Positions 27,301-43,000 of a DNA stretch of 64,000 nt are shown piece after piece. The translations under genes and the position numbers were made by a program. Numbering within the stretch: the stretch's first letter is position 1; the number at the start of each line of letters is the position of its first letter. The DNA is from Eledone cirrhosa (lineage: Eukaryota), in NCBI GenBank assembly GCA_964016885.1, contig OZ024741.1, positions 221,774,001 to 221,838,000 on the forward strand, read 5' to 3'. Under the pieces are notes generated by a model that saw nothing but the letters and a program-made list of their open reading frames with translations, searched no databases and had not been told where the DNA came from.

Positions 27301-30300
27301 TGTCTTAGTAATGAAATGTCAATTTTACAAAAACCTTCTATAAAATACATTCTATAAAAGTGGTAGTGTTGGTGTTACAATAATATATACCCAGTATACT
27401 CTGTAAAGTGGTAGCATTAGTTCCACAATAAAATAGATGCTTCAATAAAATACACCCAATACATTCTGTAAGTGGTTGGTGAATGAACAGAAACAATATA
27501 GGATAATGAGGACTCTCCAGTCAGGTCGAGGATATAACAACCCCTCTAGTGTTTGTGTACACCCAATACACTCTGTAAAGCGATTGGCATTAGGAAGAGC
27601 ATCCAACCATTGAAATCATGCCAAATATGGAATGTATGAACAAATGAGGTGTCTCCAATCTGCCTGGTCTTGAATCATAAGAACCTATCCAGCTCATGCC
27701 AGTGTGAAAAGCAGAAATAAAAAGAGGATGATGCCCTGGTTACAATTTCTATTATTTTACATTAAATTTATTTTATGTCAAAGTCAAGAATTCTTCTAGA
27801 TATGTAGTTTTTCCATTTTTATTAATATTCTTGAAAAATAACTTGAAAACTTATCACATTTGGTTGACTTATGAAGTATTTAAAATTTGAAACTATAGTT
27901 GCTACAATGCAGATAACTATAATAATAATCAACTATAATAGTAATTATTTGCATATCATAAATTGTTTGGATAAATAAGTATAAAGAGAAAGTAGGAATA
28001 AACTCCATACGGTGTACACAATGTTAATCTTGGGTACACAAGATAAGTAGTGGGATAATGGGTAGACTAACAGGAAGGGAAGACTTTGTATGTAGAAGAG
28101 GCACAGGAGTAATCACAGGGAAGAGCGGCAGTGATATAAACCTCTTCAAGTCACAGGGAGGGTCCATAGAAGTGGTTGACAGTTTCTGCTATCTAGGTGA
28201 CTTAATTGTAAGAAATATCATAGGCTATATCATAACATATATCATAGCATATATTGTAAGATATGTAGTAAGAAATATTGTAAGATATATCATAACATAT
28301 ACCATAAAATATAACACATATTGTAAAATATATTGTAACATACATTGCAACACATATTGTATCATATATCTTATAATATATTGTAACATCTAGCATGACA
28401 TAACATATTTTAAGATATGATATATATTATGAGTTATATTGTAAGCTATATCATAACATATATAAGATATAATTGTTTCTACTTTAGGCACAAGGCCAGC
28501 AATTACCAGTGCATTACTGGTACTTTATTTTATCGACCCCGTAAGGATGAAAGGCAAAGTCAACCTCGGCGGGATTTGAACTCAGATGGTAAAGGGACGT
28601 AACTATGCTGGAAAGCATGGCGTCCGACCCTCTACCGATACTGCCAATCCACCGCCCTTATATATATAAGATATAATGTAACACAGTTTGTAAGATATAT
28701 TGTAAGATGATTAAGATACATTATAAGATTACTATGGTTAACAATATAATACCAGAAATAAAATGATTAGACATAAACCAAATAATAAACGTCTGAAATA
28801 AGACTTCAATAAATAGTTGCCCCAGCATAGCTACAGCCAAATGGCTGGAACAGGTAAAAGAGTAATAGTAGAGAACTTCTACTTACCAATGTTCTTGTAA
28901 TAGATTGGTAGATAGATATTGACCACTCGTCCAACACTAAGTAGTACAAGGCATAAAACAACTAATAACTGTAAAACCCACTGACCCTTAGGCCACACCA
29001 ATGGAAACATCAGTTTTATTTTTTGGGATATGTTTTTCCAGGTAGAAATTTCTGGCTGAACTTCACCCTGTATCCAAATAATAAAATGTATAAGATAGAA
29101 ATTTATCTTTAAATTCATAATCTACTGGATTATATTCAATATCTAGAAATGTATTCCTCTTTAATGTAAAATTGCAATCAACAGAAAAATTTTCTACAGA
29201 CTATCTAGATCAGGGAATTTAATCTTTTAGCCCTCTTGTTACCATATTTCTAATGAATAATAAAAACCCTGATTTTCAAGAATTTGAAAATAATCAAAAA
29301 TCCAGAGGGATTTAGTAATATAACTTTCTCACTAAGTTGATGTTTGGAACATAACTTAATGGTTCTTACATAAATTTCTCATGGAAGATTTTCAGATAAA
29401 TATAAATACTTTTGAAAATAAACAGCTTTGTTTCATAGATCCAAAGGTGGTTTCCAACAATTTGATATCAAAAGGGTTAACTCTTCACATCCTGTAAAGT
29501 TGGAGTGAACATGAAGAGCAGACATGGAAGCAAAGGTCATCAATAAAGTCCCAGACTGTGATGAAAGGCCCTTGATAATTAATTAATAAATTGTTTGGTG
29601 GAAGTGTTAAAATGGTAGAAATTAATCAGTGCTAGCAATGTCTTCTCTTATCTCTAAAAACATTTCAATAATAGAGGACACTTACACTTTTCATTAGGAT
29701 ATTCTTTTATTGGTTTCAGGCATTAGACTGAGGTATTTTATTGCAGCACCAGCAATGCAACTTTACAGAATGTACTGGGTTCATTTTATGGTGGCACCAA
29801 CACTAAGCAATCATATGTATATATATATATATATATATGCTCTCACTTAGTTGCTAAAGACCAGTAGTGAAACTCACCTCTTCTAAAATTTGTAAAATGT
29901 TTATTTACATGAACATTCTGTATATTATTCAATATATAACCCTAGTCACATATCAACCATGCTAGTTAGAGCATTATTACCTCTCATTAATTAGACCCCA
30001 TGAATTGGCAGTATCGGTAGAGGGTCGGACGCCATGCTTTGATGCATAGAGTTACGGCCCTTGCCATTCTGAGTTCAAATCCCGCTGAGGTTAACTTTGC
30101 TTTTCATCCTTACGGAGTCGATAAAATAAAGTACCAGTAATGTACTGGCTATTTGCTGGCCTTGTGCCAATAGTAGAAACAATTAATTAGACCCCACCAG
30201 CTTTTGCTCTATATGCAAATTAGCTTCATCTGTTGATGTTCATAGGCATAAATACTATAAGCTTTTAGCTTATTTTTGTCTTAGTTTCCAAGCAAAGTTA

Positions 30301-30460
30301 CCTCCTCTGAAGATGGTTATCGAACCAGAAACAGCCATTAGGGTGCTCTCCTTTGGTTGCTAAAGACCAGTGAAACTCACCACTTCTAAAATGTATAGCA
30401 AGGCTATAAAAATGTTTATTTACATGAACATTTTGTATATTATTCAATATACAACCCTAG

Positions 30461-30512
<52 letters not shown>

Positions 30513-33500
30513 CAATGCAAATCAGGATGTTGTTGGAGATAAATGTGTCCGGAATGATGCCGATGTAATTAGTGTCACGAATGATCAGAAAAAAGAGGCC
30601 TGGAAATGTCATTATGAGAGACTGATGAATGTAGAGAACGAATGGGAGAGAGAGAAATTACCCTCAGTAGATCCGACAGAGGGACCAGCTATTGAGATTG
30701 ACGAATATAGGGTCCAAGAGGCGATTAAAGAAATGAAAAATGGTAAGGCTGCTGGACCATCGGGAATAGTTGCTGAGATGCTGAAGGCATCAGGGGACGT
30801 AGGCACTAAGCTGGTTGCACGCATCATCAATCAGGCTATATATAGTGGTGTCATACCCAAAGACTGGTGCACCAGCATTCTCATAAATTGCTACAAAGGT
30901 AAAGGGGATGCTCTGGAGAGGAGCAATTATAGGGGTATAAAACTGATGGATCAGGTTATGAAAGTGGCAGAAAGGATATTAGCACAACTAATTAGAGAAA
31001 GGGTCAAACTAGATGAGATGCAGTTTGGTTTTGTGCCTGGGAAGAGTACAACAGATGCCCTCTTCTTGATGAGACAATTGCAAGAGAGGTTCTTAGAGAA
31101 GAATAAGCCACTATACTTAGCCTTTGTTGACCTAGAGAAGGCCTTTGATAGGGTACCCCAATCTGTCATCTGGTGGTCCCTAAGGAAACTAGGTGTTGAG
31201 GAATGGCTTGTGAGGACAGTGCAAACTTTGTACAGAGGTACTGTCAGTAAAGTCAGGGTAGGAATGGAGTTTAGTGAGGAATTCCAGATACAAGTAGGAG
31301 TACATCAAGGTTTGGTCCTCAGCCCGCTCTTGTTCATTATAGTCCTCCAAGCCATAACAGAGGAGTTTAAGACTGGCTGTCCATGGGAACTTCTCTATGC
31401 TGACGATCTGGTTCTTATAGCAGAATCAGTAGAGGAGCTAGAGAATAAATTCTGGCTATGGAAACAGCAGTTGAAAGCAAGAGGACTGAGAGTAAATCTA
31501 GCTAAGACAAAAGTGTTGATGAGTAGAAAAGAGGACAATACTCTGATTCTGTCAGGGAAATGGCCATGTTCGATATGCAGAAAAGGAACTGGCATAAATT
31601 CTATAAAATGCACACAATGCAGATCCTGGGTACACAAGTGATGTAGTGGGATAGCAGGCAAACTAACAGGTAGGGAGAAATGTGTATGCAGTAGATGTAC
31701 AGGGAAATTAGACAGTAGAAGTTGCATTGATAGACACATTGACAGACATAAATAGAAGTGGTGGATAGCTTCCGGTACCTAGGAGATCAGATTAGCATGG
31801 GAGGGGGGTGTTCCGAGGCCATACTATCTAGAATAAGGACGGGTTGGAAGAAGTTTAGGGAGCTGCTTTCTCTGCTGACAAAGAAGGGTTTCTCCCTGCG
31901 TACGAAAGGCCGGTTATATGATGCCTGTGTGAAGAGCGCAATGCTGCATGGTAGTGAGACATGGGCAGCAACTGCAGAGGATATGCGACAGCTGGAGAGA
32001 AATGAGGCAAGCATGCTCCGTTGGATGTGCAATGTCAAAGTGCGTGAACGACCCAGCATGAATGTGTTGAGAGAGAAACTGTGTCTGAGAGGGATAGAAT
32101 GTAGTGTATGGGAGAGGAGACCGAGGTAGTATGGACATGTGATGCGCATGGAGGATGACCGATGGGTGAAGAAGTGCCAGGAAATGCCAGTTGAAGGAAG
32201 ATGTGGTAGAGGTAGACCACGAAAAACATGGGCGGAGGTGGTGAGAACAGACCTCAGATCACTTACGCTCACGGTGGAGATGACGAAGGACAGTGAAAAG
32301 TGGAGAGATGCTGTGCTGAATAAGACCCGTCCCACCCTTGCAAGCATGGAAGAGCGGACGTAAAATGATGATGATGATGACATATATCATCATCGTTGTT
32401 TTTTTCGTCTGATTTCCCACACTTGCTTGGGTTGAGTGGGTCCTTCACAACAGAAATGACAAAAGACTGCACAGGCAGGCACTATGCTGTGCTGGTGCAT
32501 ACAGCATACAATGTGGCCTGACTTATCCCTGTGTTACCCTGATACCACTAGCACTCCCTAACTGCTACCCACACTATTAAACACCCCTACTCCATCCATT
32601 CCCCCTCCTGTATTTATCCTTTAGTTGCTGTCTCCAACCCCTTAGATATCCTCATTATCGCACCCTAGTATCCACTCTATGCACCCCACCCATGCCCCCT
32701 CCCCTATCATTCCTTAGCTATTCTCATCATCACTACACCTCCTGTTTCCAGCACTGGTGAGTTCCACCCTAACCACTTCAGTGTTCTCAAAACCATGAAA
32801 AAAAAAGAAAAAGGGTTGTGCTATGGTCCAAAAGGGTTGTGCTAGTGTTGGTGATCTACATGATAAACTCACTTAGTACACGCTGTAAAGTGATTAGTGA
32901 TAGGAAGGGATTCCAGCCATAGAAAGCTTACTAAACAAAGGGTTAGGAGAACCCTTCAGTCATGTTACGGACATGACAGCCTCCCTAGTGTTGGTGATCT
33001 ACATGATAAACACACTCAATACATGCTGTAAAGTGGTTGATGATAGGAAGGTCATCCAACCATAGAAGGTTTGCCAAACCAGTGTTGGGAGGACTCTTCA
33101 GTCATGTCAAGGACATGATGGCTCCCTTGTGTTGGTGGTCTACTTGAAAAATGCACTCAGTACATGCAGTAAAGTGGTTGATGATACGAAGGGCATCAAG
33201 CCATAGAAAGTTTGCCAAACAAAGGGTTGGGAGGACCCTTCAGTTGTATCAAAAACATAACAACCTCTTCTATGCACTCAGCATTGTACTCTGTTCCCTC
33301 CATTTTTCCAGTCTTTTATGGCTATATTTACCATATATTCCATCACCACATCACCCTCCATCTTGCTGGGACCTTGCTCCAGTCACAGACATGGTTCATG
33401 GCCTTCAGCAGGTTGTCTCATAGAAATTCCCAATATTCCTCTATGATATAGGTTTCTATCTCCTTCTCCTTACCAACATAGACATCAAGTAGGACTTCTC

Positions 33501-36500
33501 TGAATATGTTGTCAGCTAAGAGTTCTTTCAGCTTCCATGTCTTTCTTCTCCAGACTGGCTTTTGTTTCTGAGTTCATCTGGCAATAACTATAACGTCACT
33601 GATAAGTAATCTATTTTGAGTGGTACGTCTGTCACCAGGGAGTGACATAACATTTACGATCATTTGTCTTTCTCATTTCCTAGTAAGAATAAAGTATATT
33701 TGTAATCTCATTTCCTGGTGTATTTATCTACTCATCAATCTTTATCTATATATTCTAATATTATATATTTATCTATTAAACATAATTTCATGCTAAGCAA
33801 CGTATCAAGTGCTTTCCTTTTGTTTATCAGAATATCCTTATTATGGATAAGTGGACTGAGTGCATTATATTGTAGCATTGACACTACTACTTTATAAAGT
33901 GCGTATTTTATCATGGCACTAGCACTACTACTTTACAGAGAGTACTGGATGCATTTTATGGCACAACCACTAGTTTCACTTGAATCACAAGAATAAAAGG
34001 GTACCCTATACTGTCTGTCAATCAAGGCAACATGACCCAAAGGATGAACAAAAAAACCAAGGTGAGTGAATGAGGAGTGTGAGGCTATGAGGGACAGAAC
34101 AGAGTGAATTGGAGTGAGAGGGTGGTAGAGAGGGGAGAGTCTGTGTAGGAAGTGGTAAGACAAGAGTGTAAGGAGTAGAAGAACGGGTGGTAATGCAGAG
34201 TAAGGAGAGAGAGGGAGGAGAGAGTAATGTCAATGAGAAGTGGCTTTGGAGAGAGGGAATGATAGCTGGGCACCAGTGTCATCATAATTCATTTTTCCTG
34301 CTGAGTGAATTGGGGCAACATGAAGTAAAGTGTCTTGCTCAAAAACACAATGCACTGTAATCTAAACTATGACCTTATGATTGTGAGCCCAGCACTCTAA
34401 CCTCTAAGTTACATGCCTTCACAATAAATAAAAATGATTAATAAACTCAGCTACTAAAATAACCCGCTGCTGGAGTTAGATGACCTAGTTAACAAATGTC
34501 TTCTTAGATGTTTAGGACAATTTATGAAGCAGGTATCACCTATGTTGTATAGTATTCTAATGATAAAATATTGACCAGTTTTGAGGCAAAGTGAATTGTC
34601 AGTTCTTTCAGTTTAACTCTATTGATACCAACCCAGTCAAAATTGGCTCTGGTTTTAAGAAACAAAACCACCCAAATAAAGGATTCCTATTCAAATTAAA
34701 ATCTTCCAACTTAATTTTATATAAGAACTATATGTTAAGGTACTATCTTAGTAATGAAATAATAATTTTAGTCAATCCTTCAAAATTCTTCATTAAACTT
34801 TTTTATACCAACCCGACTAAAACCAGTTCTGGTTCTATGAAACAAAACCACATATTTTAAAGGGTTCCTATTTCAATTAAAATATTAAAACAATTTTATT
34901 ATAAGAATCTAGGTACTAAAGTTAAGGTACTAAAGTAATGAAATAAATATTTTAATCCTACAAAATTGTTCACTAACAGAGTTTATTTCATTAGAAATAT
35001 GGTACAAAATGGTTAAATATCTTACTTTCAGTTTCATAAATGATGTTTTATACATTTCCAATAAATTATATACAATCTTATTCAAAGAAAATGAGTTGGA
35101 AAATGCATATGTATATAGATGGTGTCAGTTGGAACATGTGTATGTCTATATATTACTATATCTAATAAAATCAAGAGAAAGATAAGAATTTATCTAAATT
35201 ATGAAAAGCTTATGACTCTGAATAATGGCTACTAATTAGGTCACAAGTCCAGCAATTTGGGGCAGAGAGTAAAGATGATTATATCAATCCCAGTATTTTA
35301 TCAACCCTGAAAAGATGAAAAGCAAAGTTGACCTCACACTAATAATAATAATGGTTTCTAATTTAGGCACAATGCCAGCAATTTGGATGAGAGGGTTAAG
35401 TTGATTATATTGACCCCAGTACTTTACAGGTATTTCATTTTATTAACTCCAGAATGGTGAAAGGGAAAATTGACTTCAGAATGTAAAGAGCTGAAACATG
35501 ATACTGAATAAATGTGAATTTTTACCTAATTCTACCTGAGTTCTAATTTATAAAATATCTATGCCTAATAAATATACAATCTTTATCTGACAAGCACAAT
35601 AAATATGAAAAATATAGGTTGAAATAAAACCTTATCTTTATATGACTGGGCTTAAAAAAGAAACACTGTCGCGTGTTGCTTGTTTAGAATTATCAAGATT
35701 GGAGATGGGGGAGGGAGGAGATAGAGCTATGTAGTTGAAGAAGAAGGAAACATTTTAGAACATTGAAATAAGCAAATGGAGAACTTTGAAAAAGAATGGA
35801 AAATTGTGGAAACATTTTTTTTTTTACTGACAAAGTGATGAAAAATAGTAAAACTGCAGGACCATCAGAAATAGTTGCTGAGATGCTGAAAGCATTGGGA
35901 GAAGCAGGAGTCAAACTAGTAACCCACATACTCAATCAGGTAATACAGAACAGAATCATACCCAATGAGTGAGGCAGCAATACAATCATTAATTGCTACA
36001 AGGGCAAAGGTGATGTTCTAGAAAGGAACAACTACAGAAGAATAAAACTAATGGATCAAGTTATGAAAGTGACAGAAAGAATTATAGCACAATTAATTCG
36101 GGAAAGAGTCAAATTAGATGAAATGCAGTTTAGTTTCATGCCTGGGAAAAGTACTACAAATGCCTGCTTCTTAGTGAGACAACTACAAGAGAAATTACTA
36201 GCCAAGAATAAGCCACAATATTTAGCTTTTGTTGTTCTAGAAAAGGCCTTTAATAGAGTACCCCAATCTATTATCTGGTGGTCCTTAAGGAAATTAGGTA
36301 TAGAAGAATATCTTGTGAGAGCCGTGCAAGGTATGTACAGAGGAGCTGTCAGTAAAGTAAGAGTAGGAAGTGATTTTAGTGAGGAATTCAAGATACAGGT
36401 AGGAGTTTACCAAGGTTCGGTTCATAGTCCACACTGTTCATCATAGTTCTTCAAGCCATAACAAAGGAGTTTAAAACTGGCTGTCTATGAGAACTTCTCT

Positions 36501-39500
36501 ATACACATGATTTGGTCCTTATAGTCAAATCCATAAAAGAACTAAAAAATAAGTTCCAACTATGGAAACTGATTTTGGAATCAAAAGGTCTGAGAGTAAA
36601 CTTAGCCAAAACTAAAGTGTTAGTGAGTAGGAGAGAAGATAACACCCTGATCTCTTCAGGAAAGTGGCCCTGCTCTACATGTTGGAAAGGAGTAGGCATA
36701 CACTCCATACAGTGTACACAATGTAAATCTTGGGTACCCAAGAGATGTAGTAGGATAATGGGTAGACTAACAGGATGGGAAGACTTTGTATGTAGATGTA
36801 CAGAATTAGAGGAAAGCGTAGCAGTGATATAAAACTCTTCAAGTAACAGGAAGGGTCTATAGACATGGTAAGTAGCTTCTGCTATCTAGGTGACTTAATT
36901 AGCAGCAGAGGAGGGTGCTCTGAGAGCATAATAGCTAGAATAAAGATAGAATGGCAGAAGTTTAGAGAGCTACGCCAACTGTGAACAAAAGGTTTCTCCC
37001 TATATACAAAAGCACAACTATATGACACCTGTGTGCGAAGTGTGATGCTGCATGGTAGTAAAACATGGGCAGTGACTGCAGAGGACATATGTAGGCTGGA
37101 GAGAAATGAAGCAACCATGCTTTGTTGGATGTGCAATGTAAATGTAAGAGAAAGGCAGAGCTTGGATGAACTGAGAGAGAAGCTGGGTTTAAGAAGAATT
37201 TGAGATGGTGTGAAGGACAGAAGACTGCATTGGTACAGATATGTGATGCACATGGATGATGATCAATGGGTGAAGAAGTGCCAGGAAATGCCAGTGGAAG
37301 GAAGCCACAGTAGAGGTAGAGCGAGAAAGACCTGACCAGAGGTGGTGAGAGCTGACCTTAAATCGATGAGACTCACAGAGATGATGAAGAAATGTGGTGA
37401 GTGGAGAGATACAGTGCTAACAAAAAAGACCTATCCAACCCATGCAAGTGAGGAAAAATGGACATAAAAACGATGATGATGATATCTCATATTGCTGTTC
37501 AGTTCACTTATTCATTCTGGTCAATTCCTTGCATCTCTGAATGATTAACTCTTTTCATACCAAACCCCATGAAAACATCCCTGGAAAATTTCATAACTAA
37601 CTTTCCAAAATTTTAACCGTTTCTGATACCAACATACTATGAAACGAAACCATTTATTTTAAAGGGATCCTATTTAAAGTTGAAATCTTCCAGTATAATT
37701 TGATAGAAGAGCCTTTTGTTAAATTATGTTACAAATACAATCTTAATAATGAAATAATAAAGGGGTTGGTGTTTACCTGCTCAGGTTCCTGGATAAGTAA
37801 CTGATAAGTTCCTCGAGGAACACCAGGTGCACAGAAACCCAGGAGAAACAGCGTCATTGTGGACACATATCGGAGAAGCCATAAGGAAAATTCAATCCGA
37901 TCAGATACACTGAAACAGAGGGAAAAAGTTATAACATAATATTGTAAAGGAAATAGAAGTTTCATTTCTAATTTAGGAGACTAAAACTAAATTTTGATAT
38001 GTGTTGTGAAATTTAAGACTGGTTCCAGATCTGAACACAGCTCAATTCTTCCAAAGAAGAAGGAAATAGGCAAAAAAAAAAGAAAGTAAGAATGAGATAT
38101 AAAGGAAGAATTGAACCCTGTATTAGATTGGTACTTTATCTATGGAACAAAACCACCCATTTTAAAAGCTTCCTATTTAAGTTTAAAATCTTAGTAATGA
38201 TATAGTTAATAATTTTAGTAAACTCCTTAAAATTCTTCATAAATTAAAATAGAGTGTATTTCATTAAAAATATGCTTATGTAGGGTTAAATAATTATAAT
38301 AATTATTTCTACATTAGGCACAAGGCCAGCAATTATCCCAGTACATTACTGGTACTTTATTTTATCGACCCCGTAAGGATGAAAGGCAAAGTTAACCTCG
38401 GCGGGATTTGAACTCAGAATGGCAAGGGCCGTAACTCTATGCGTCAAAGCATGGCGTCCGACCCTCTACCGATACTGCCAATCCACCGCCCTAAATAATT
38501 ATAATAATGACTTTCAGTTATTCTCACTATAACTTCACCCCAACTCTGAAGCCCTTAATAGATATCCTCAAAATCAAACCTTAGTAACTACTCTTTCCAC
38601 CTATGCCCCTTCCGCTACCACACCTTAGCTATTCTAACCATTACTACACTCCACCCCAAATCCCCACATACCAAGGGGGAGCACCCCCACCCTACACTAT
38701 GAACTACCCCATCCACACTCACGCTACTATTATCTCTTAGGTATTCTCACAATCACTACATCCCCTGCTAAAAATCCTGCCACCTGTGATTACTCCTCTG
38801 ATGTTACCAAAGGTCACTCTTTCCCTCTTACTCATCATCCTGTCAAATCCTACCACATTTCCATACCACCGAAACATTTATATTATACTGTATCTTCCTT
38901 CTCTATCCCCCCCCCCTCCTCCACCCGCAAAGCAGAGACAGCTCTTCAATAGGGATAATAACCAACAATTTTTCAAGTGACATTGCCATGAAAATGCAAC
39001 CAGTACATCCTGTAAGGTGGTTGGCAACAGGAAGGGCACCCCGCAGCTGTAACAACAAAATGCACTTGGTAGAGTACAGGACCATAAGTAAGCAAGATGC
39101 AGGTCGCAACTTCATCTGTGAAGACCCAACCAACCTTTGCTAGCAGGGAAAGGGACATTAAATAATTGTTTCTACTTTAGGCACAAGGCCAGCAATTACC
39201 CAGTGCATTACTGGTACTTTATTTTATCGACCCCGTAAGGATGAAAGGCAACGTTAACCTCGGCGGGATTTGAACTCAGATCGTAAAGGGACGTAACTAT
39301 GCTGGAAAGCATGGCGTCCGACCCTCTACCGATACTGCCAATCCACCGCCCTTAGGGACATTAAATAATGATGATGATGATGATGATGATGATTTGTTAG
39401 AAATAATAGCATTTAGAAAATTTATATAAATCTGAAAATCCATGAAATCCATTCATAGTATTTGAGAAAAGGAAATACAGTTAATATTTTGCAGGATAAC

Positions 39501-40038
39501 AATAATTCAATACTTACTTTCTTAAATGCCACCACCATTCTGTACTAAACCAAGACACAAAAGCAATATTTTCCCGTACGTATGCTAATGTCCAAAAGAC
39601 AAGTAAAACAAGTCCATGACTTCTTGTAGGAATAGATGGTAAGGCACGATGTCTTTCTAACGATAGTAGTTTCATTGCTATAGCCCAGGCACAAATATAC
39701 ACCAGACAAGTGAAGAGCTGATAGCCATAAATGGTGCGGTTACCTACAGCTGTGTCAAAAAGTACAATATGCAGAACAGATTCTGATATCAATAGCGTTG
39801 TAAAGACAATCTGAAAATAAAAATAAAAATATCAAATTAAGTACAACTAATATTCCACAGGGAACAGACAGAAATGACATTATATTTTACTCCTTTTGTT
39901 ACCATATTTCTTATGAAATTCATTGTTCATGGGTTTCAATAAATTTTGAAAATAATGAAGAATTTGGAGGAATTTAGGAAAAACTTAACTTCTTTCATAT
40001 TAAACTGATGTTTGGAAGAAAACTTAATAAAAGGTTCT

Positions 40039-40090
<52 letters not shown>

Positions 40091-43000
40091 GAGGTTATAT
40101 TTAATTTGTTGGGATTCAACAAGCTTAAACATTTTTATAACTGATATAAAGCACTCAACAAGTTAGTGGAGTAAATACACAATATATTAATAAATGGAAA
40201 CTCTATTTATAAAACCATATTTATTTTATTATATATATTTCAAGGGCAACCAAGGCAAATTATGGTGCGCTTTCATCAGATAAAATACAGATTTGTTTTA
40301 TAAATAAATATTGACATACCCGGAAAAAGACAACCTTAACGGTTGGAGCTTCCTGGATAGTGGAGATAATATTTTATTGAGGGTAATACAAAGGTATGAG
40401 TGAGTATGCAAATGAGTGTCCGAAAAGTTGAAAAGATAACGGTTTATTTAAATTAAACTGTTGGAAGAAGAGGATATGTAAGGGAGAGAGAAAAGAAAAA
40501 GAAAAAGAAAAGGAAGGAGAAAGAGAGAAGAGGAAAGAAAAAACGATTATACATAGTGATAGTGAAGATAGCTTAATATTAAAAATTTAATTTAATATTA
40601 ATAATTAAAAATTAAAATTAAAACAGAAGTATTTATATTATATTAGGATGTATTAGTAATAATTGTTTCTACGTTAGGCACAAGGCCAGCAATTACCCAG
40701 TGCATTACTGGTACTTTCTTTTATCAACCCCATAAGGATGAAAGGCAAAGTCAACCTCGGCGGGATTTGATCTCAGATCGTAAAGGGACGTAACTATGCT
40801 GGAAAGCATGGCGTCCGACCCTCTAGAGATACTGCCAATCCACCACCCTTGTATTAGTAATAATATATTCGTTTAGATGTGTATGTTATGGATTATAAAT
40901 TATTTAAATAAATATAAAGTATTTTACATTAGAGAAAATCTAGTATAGTTTATTTGATTAAAGTAAGTTTGGCAAAATTATATTTATTAATAGTTGTAAG
41001 TCAAAACTTAAACATCAAAATAATTCCAAATTTATGAAAATTTACGAGAGTTTACAAAGGAATAACTACTTAATTATATTATAAAAACAGTAAGGAAGTA
41101 TAAAGGAAGTTAGAAGTGATTTTTTAAGAACTCAAATGACTCCAAGGATACATTAAAAAAAAACCTTCAAAAAACCTTCTTTCAAAAAAAAAATTTTTTT
41201 TATTTTTCAAAAATTTTTTATGAGAAGTCATAAATGTTATAAAATTAAAAAATGTTATCTTAAGAATATAATTAAAACATATACAATTTTTTAATAGTGT
41301 TAATCTTAAAGTAAAAGTAGAGAATAATTATAAAATAGTTAATTTTTTAGATGTAACTTTAAACCTTAATACTGGTCTTTATTATCCATTTCATAAAATC
41401 AATGAGAATTTAAACTATCTTAACTTTAATTCCAATCACCCCAGATCCGTTAAAAACATTATTGTAAATTCTGTGCAGCAACGTATTTCTAGAATTTCAG
41501 CAAATAAAAATATATTTGAAGATAAGGCACAATATTATAACGAAGCATTAAGTAGAGCAGGCTATAGTAATGAAATTAAATACATTGATAATAAGGATGT
41601 GCCAATTAACCATAACTATAAATATAATAGGAAACCTTGCACTAACTCCAAAATCAAAAGAAGAAATAGAACTAGAAATATATTATGGTTCGCTCCCCCT
41701 TTCTCATTAAGTATTAAAATTCCAATAGCTAAACTATTTTTGAAAGCTCTTGATAAGTGTTTTCCTAAGACACACAGATATTACTCAATCTTTAATAGAC
41801 ATACTATTAAACTCTCATATTCCACCACTATGAATTTAGCGCAGAATATTAATAGAATTAATAATAGAAACTTAAAACCTAACCAGAATAACTTTAATAC
41901 CTCCAGCAATATCCAATATAATGTTACGGCTCCCAATAATATAAATTCAGATAAATGTAATTGTAGAAATAAATCTAACTGTCCTCTAAATAATAACTGT
42001 TTAGTTAAAAATATAGTATACAATTGTAATGTCAAAACCAATGAAAATTCCTTTAACTATGTCGGCTCTACTTCCACAGACTTCAAATCTCGTTTCAATT
42101 ACCATAAATGTTCCTTTACGAATATTGGTAAACAAATCTTCAACTTCTCTATTCAACTTATTATGGAACTTAAAATCCAAGAATATTAACTATTCTTTAT
42201 CTTGGGAAATTATCTCCAAAGCTCCTTCATACACAGCTCTATCCAAAAATTGCTCCCTTTGCATTGAAGAAATATTTTTATACTAAAAAGTAAGAACTCT
42301 ATTATTTTGCGTAATAATTTATTTAGTTCTTGTAAACATCGTTTAAACTCAACTTTTAGATATATATATAAAATGTAATATATGGTTAATCTCCTTTACA
42401 AATGTTTTCTATATCCAACCACCTACAACTTCATCCTTCAGATTATATCTATATATGATTCATATATATTTAATTTACTTTCTATTATCTCTACTTCATA
42501 AATACACTTTATATTATTACACTTATCAATTGATTATAACCTTTTTATATGACTATTTGAAATTCTTTTAAGAAAAATTTTCCTTGAAAGACTTTCTGAA
42601 GGTTTTAGAAAATTCTTTGAAAGTTCCTTTGAAAGATATGGAAAAACCATTATTTTCATATCTTCCAATATTTTATATCATCAAATATTTTTAATATATA
42701 TCCAAATATTTATATATATGTGGAATAACATATGATTTTTATATATATGTGGAATAACCTATGGTTTATGTTTTAATTATATTCTTAAGATAAAATTTTT
42801 TAACTTTATAACATTTATGACTTCTCTTGAAAAATTTTTTTTAAAAATTTTTTTTTGAAAGCTTTTTTGAAGGGGTTTTTTATGTATCCTTGGAATCATT
42901 TGAGTTCTTAAAAAAAAATCACTTCTAACTTCCTTTATACTTCCTTACTGTTTTTATAATATAATTAAGTAGTTATTCCTTTGTAAACTCTCGTAAAATT

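Noticed and set aside
30370-31641. 423-aa ORF as a host or domesticated gene
   Set aside because: The N-terminus reads through a (TA)n microsatellite and the rest is a truncated RTE reverse transcriptase with a premature stop.
41473-42286. Selenocysteine-recoded Naiad ORF
   Set aside because: The interruptions are a frameshift and a TAA, not an in-frame TGA, and no SECIS was recognised.
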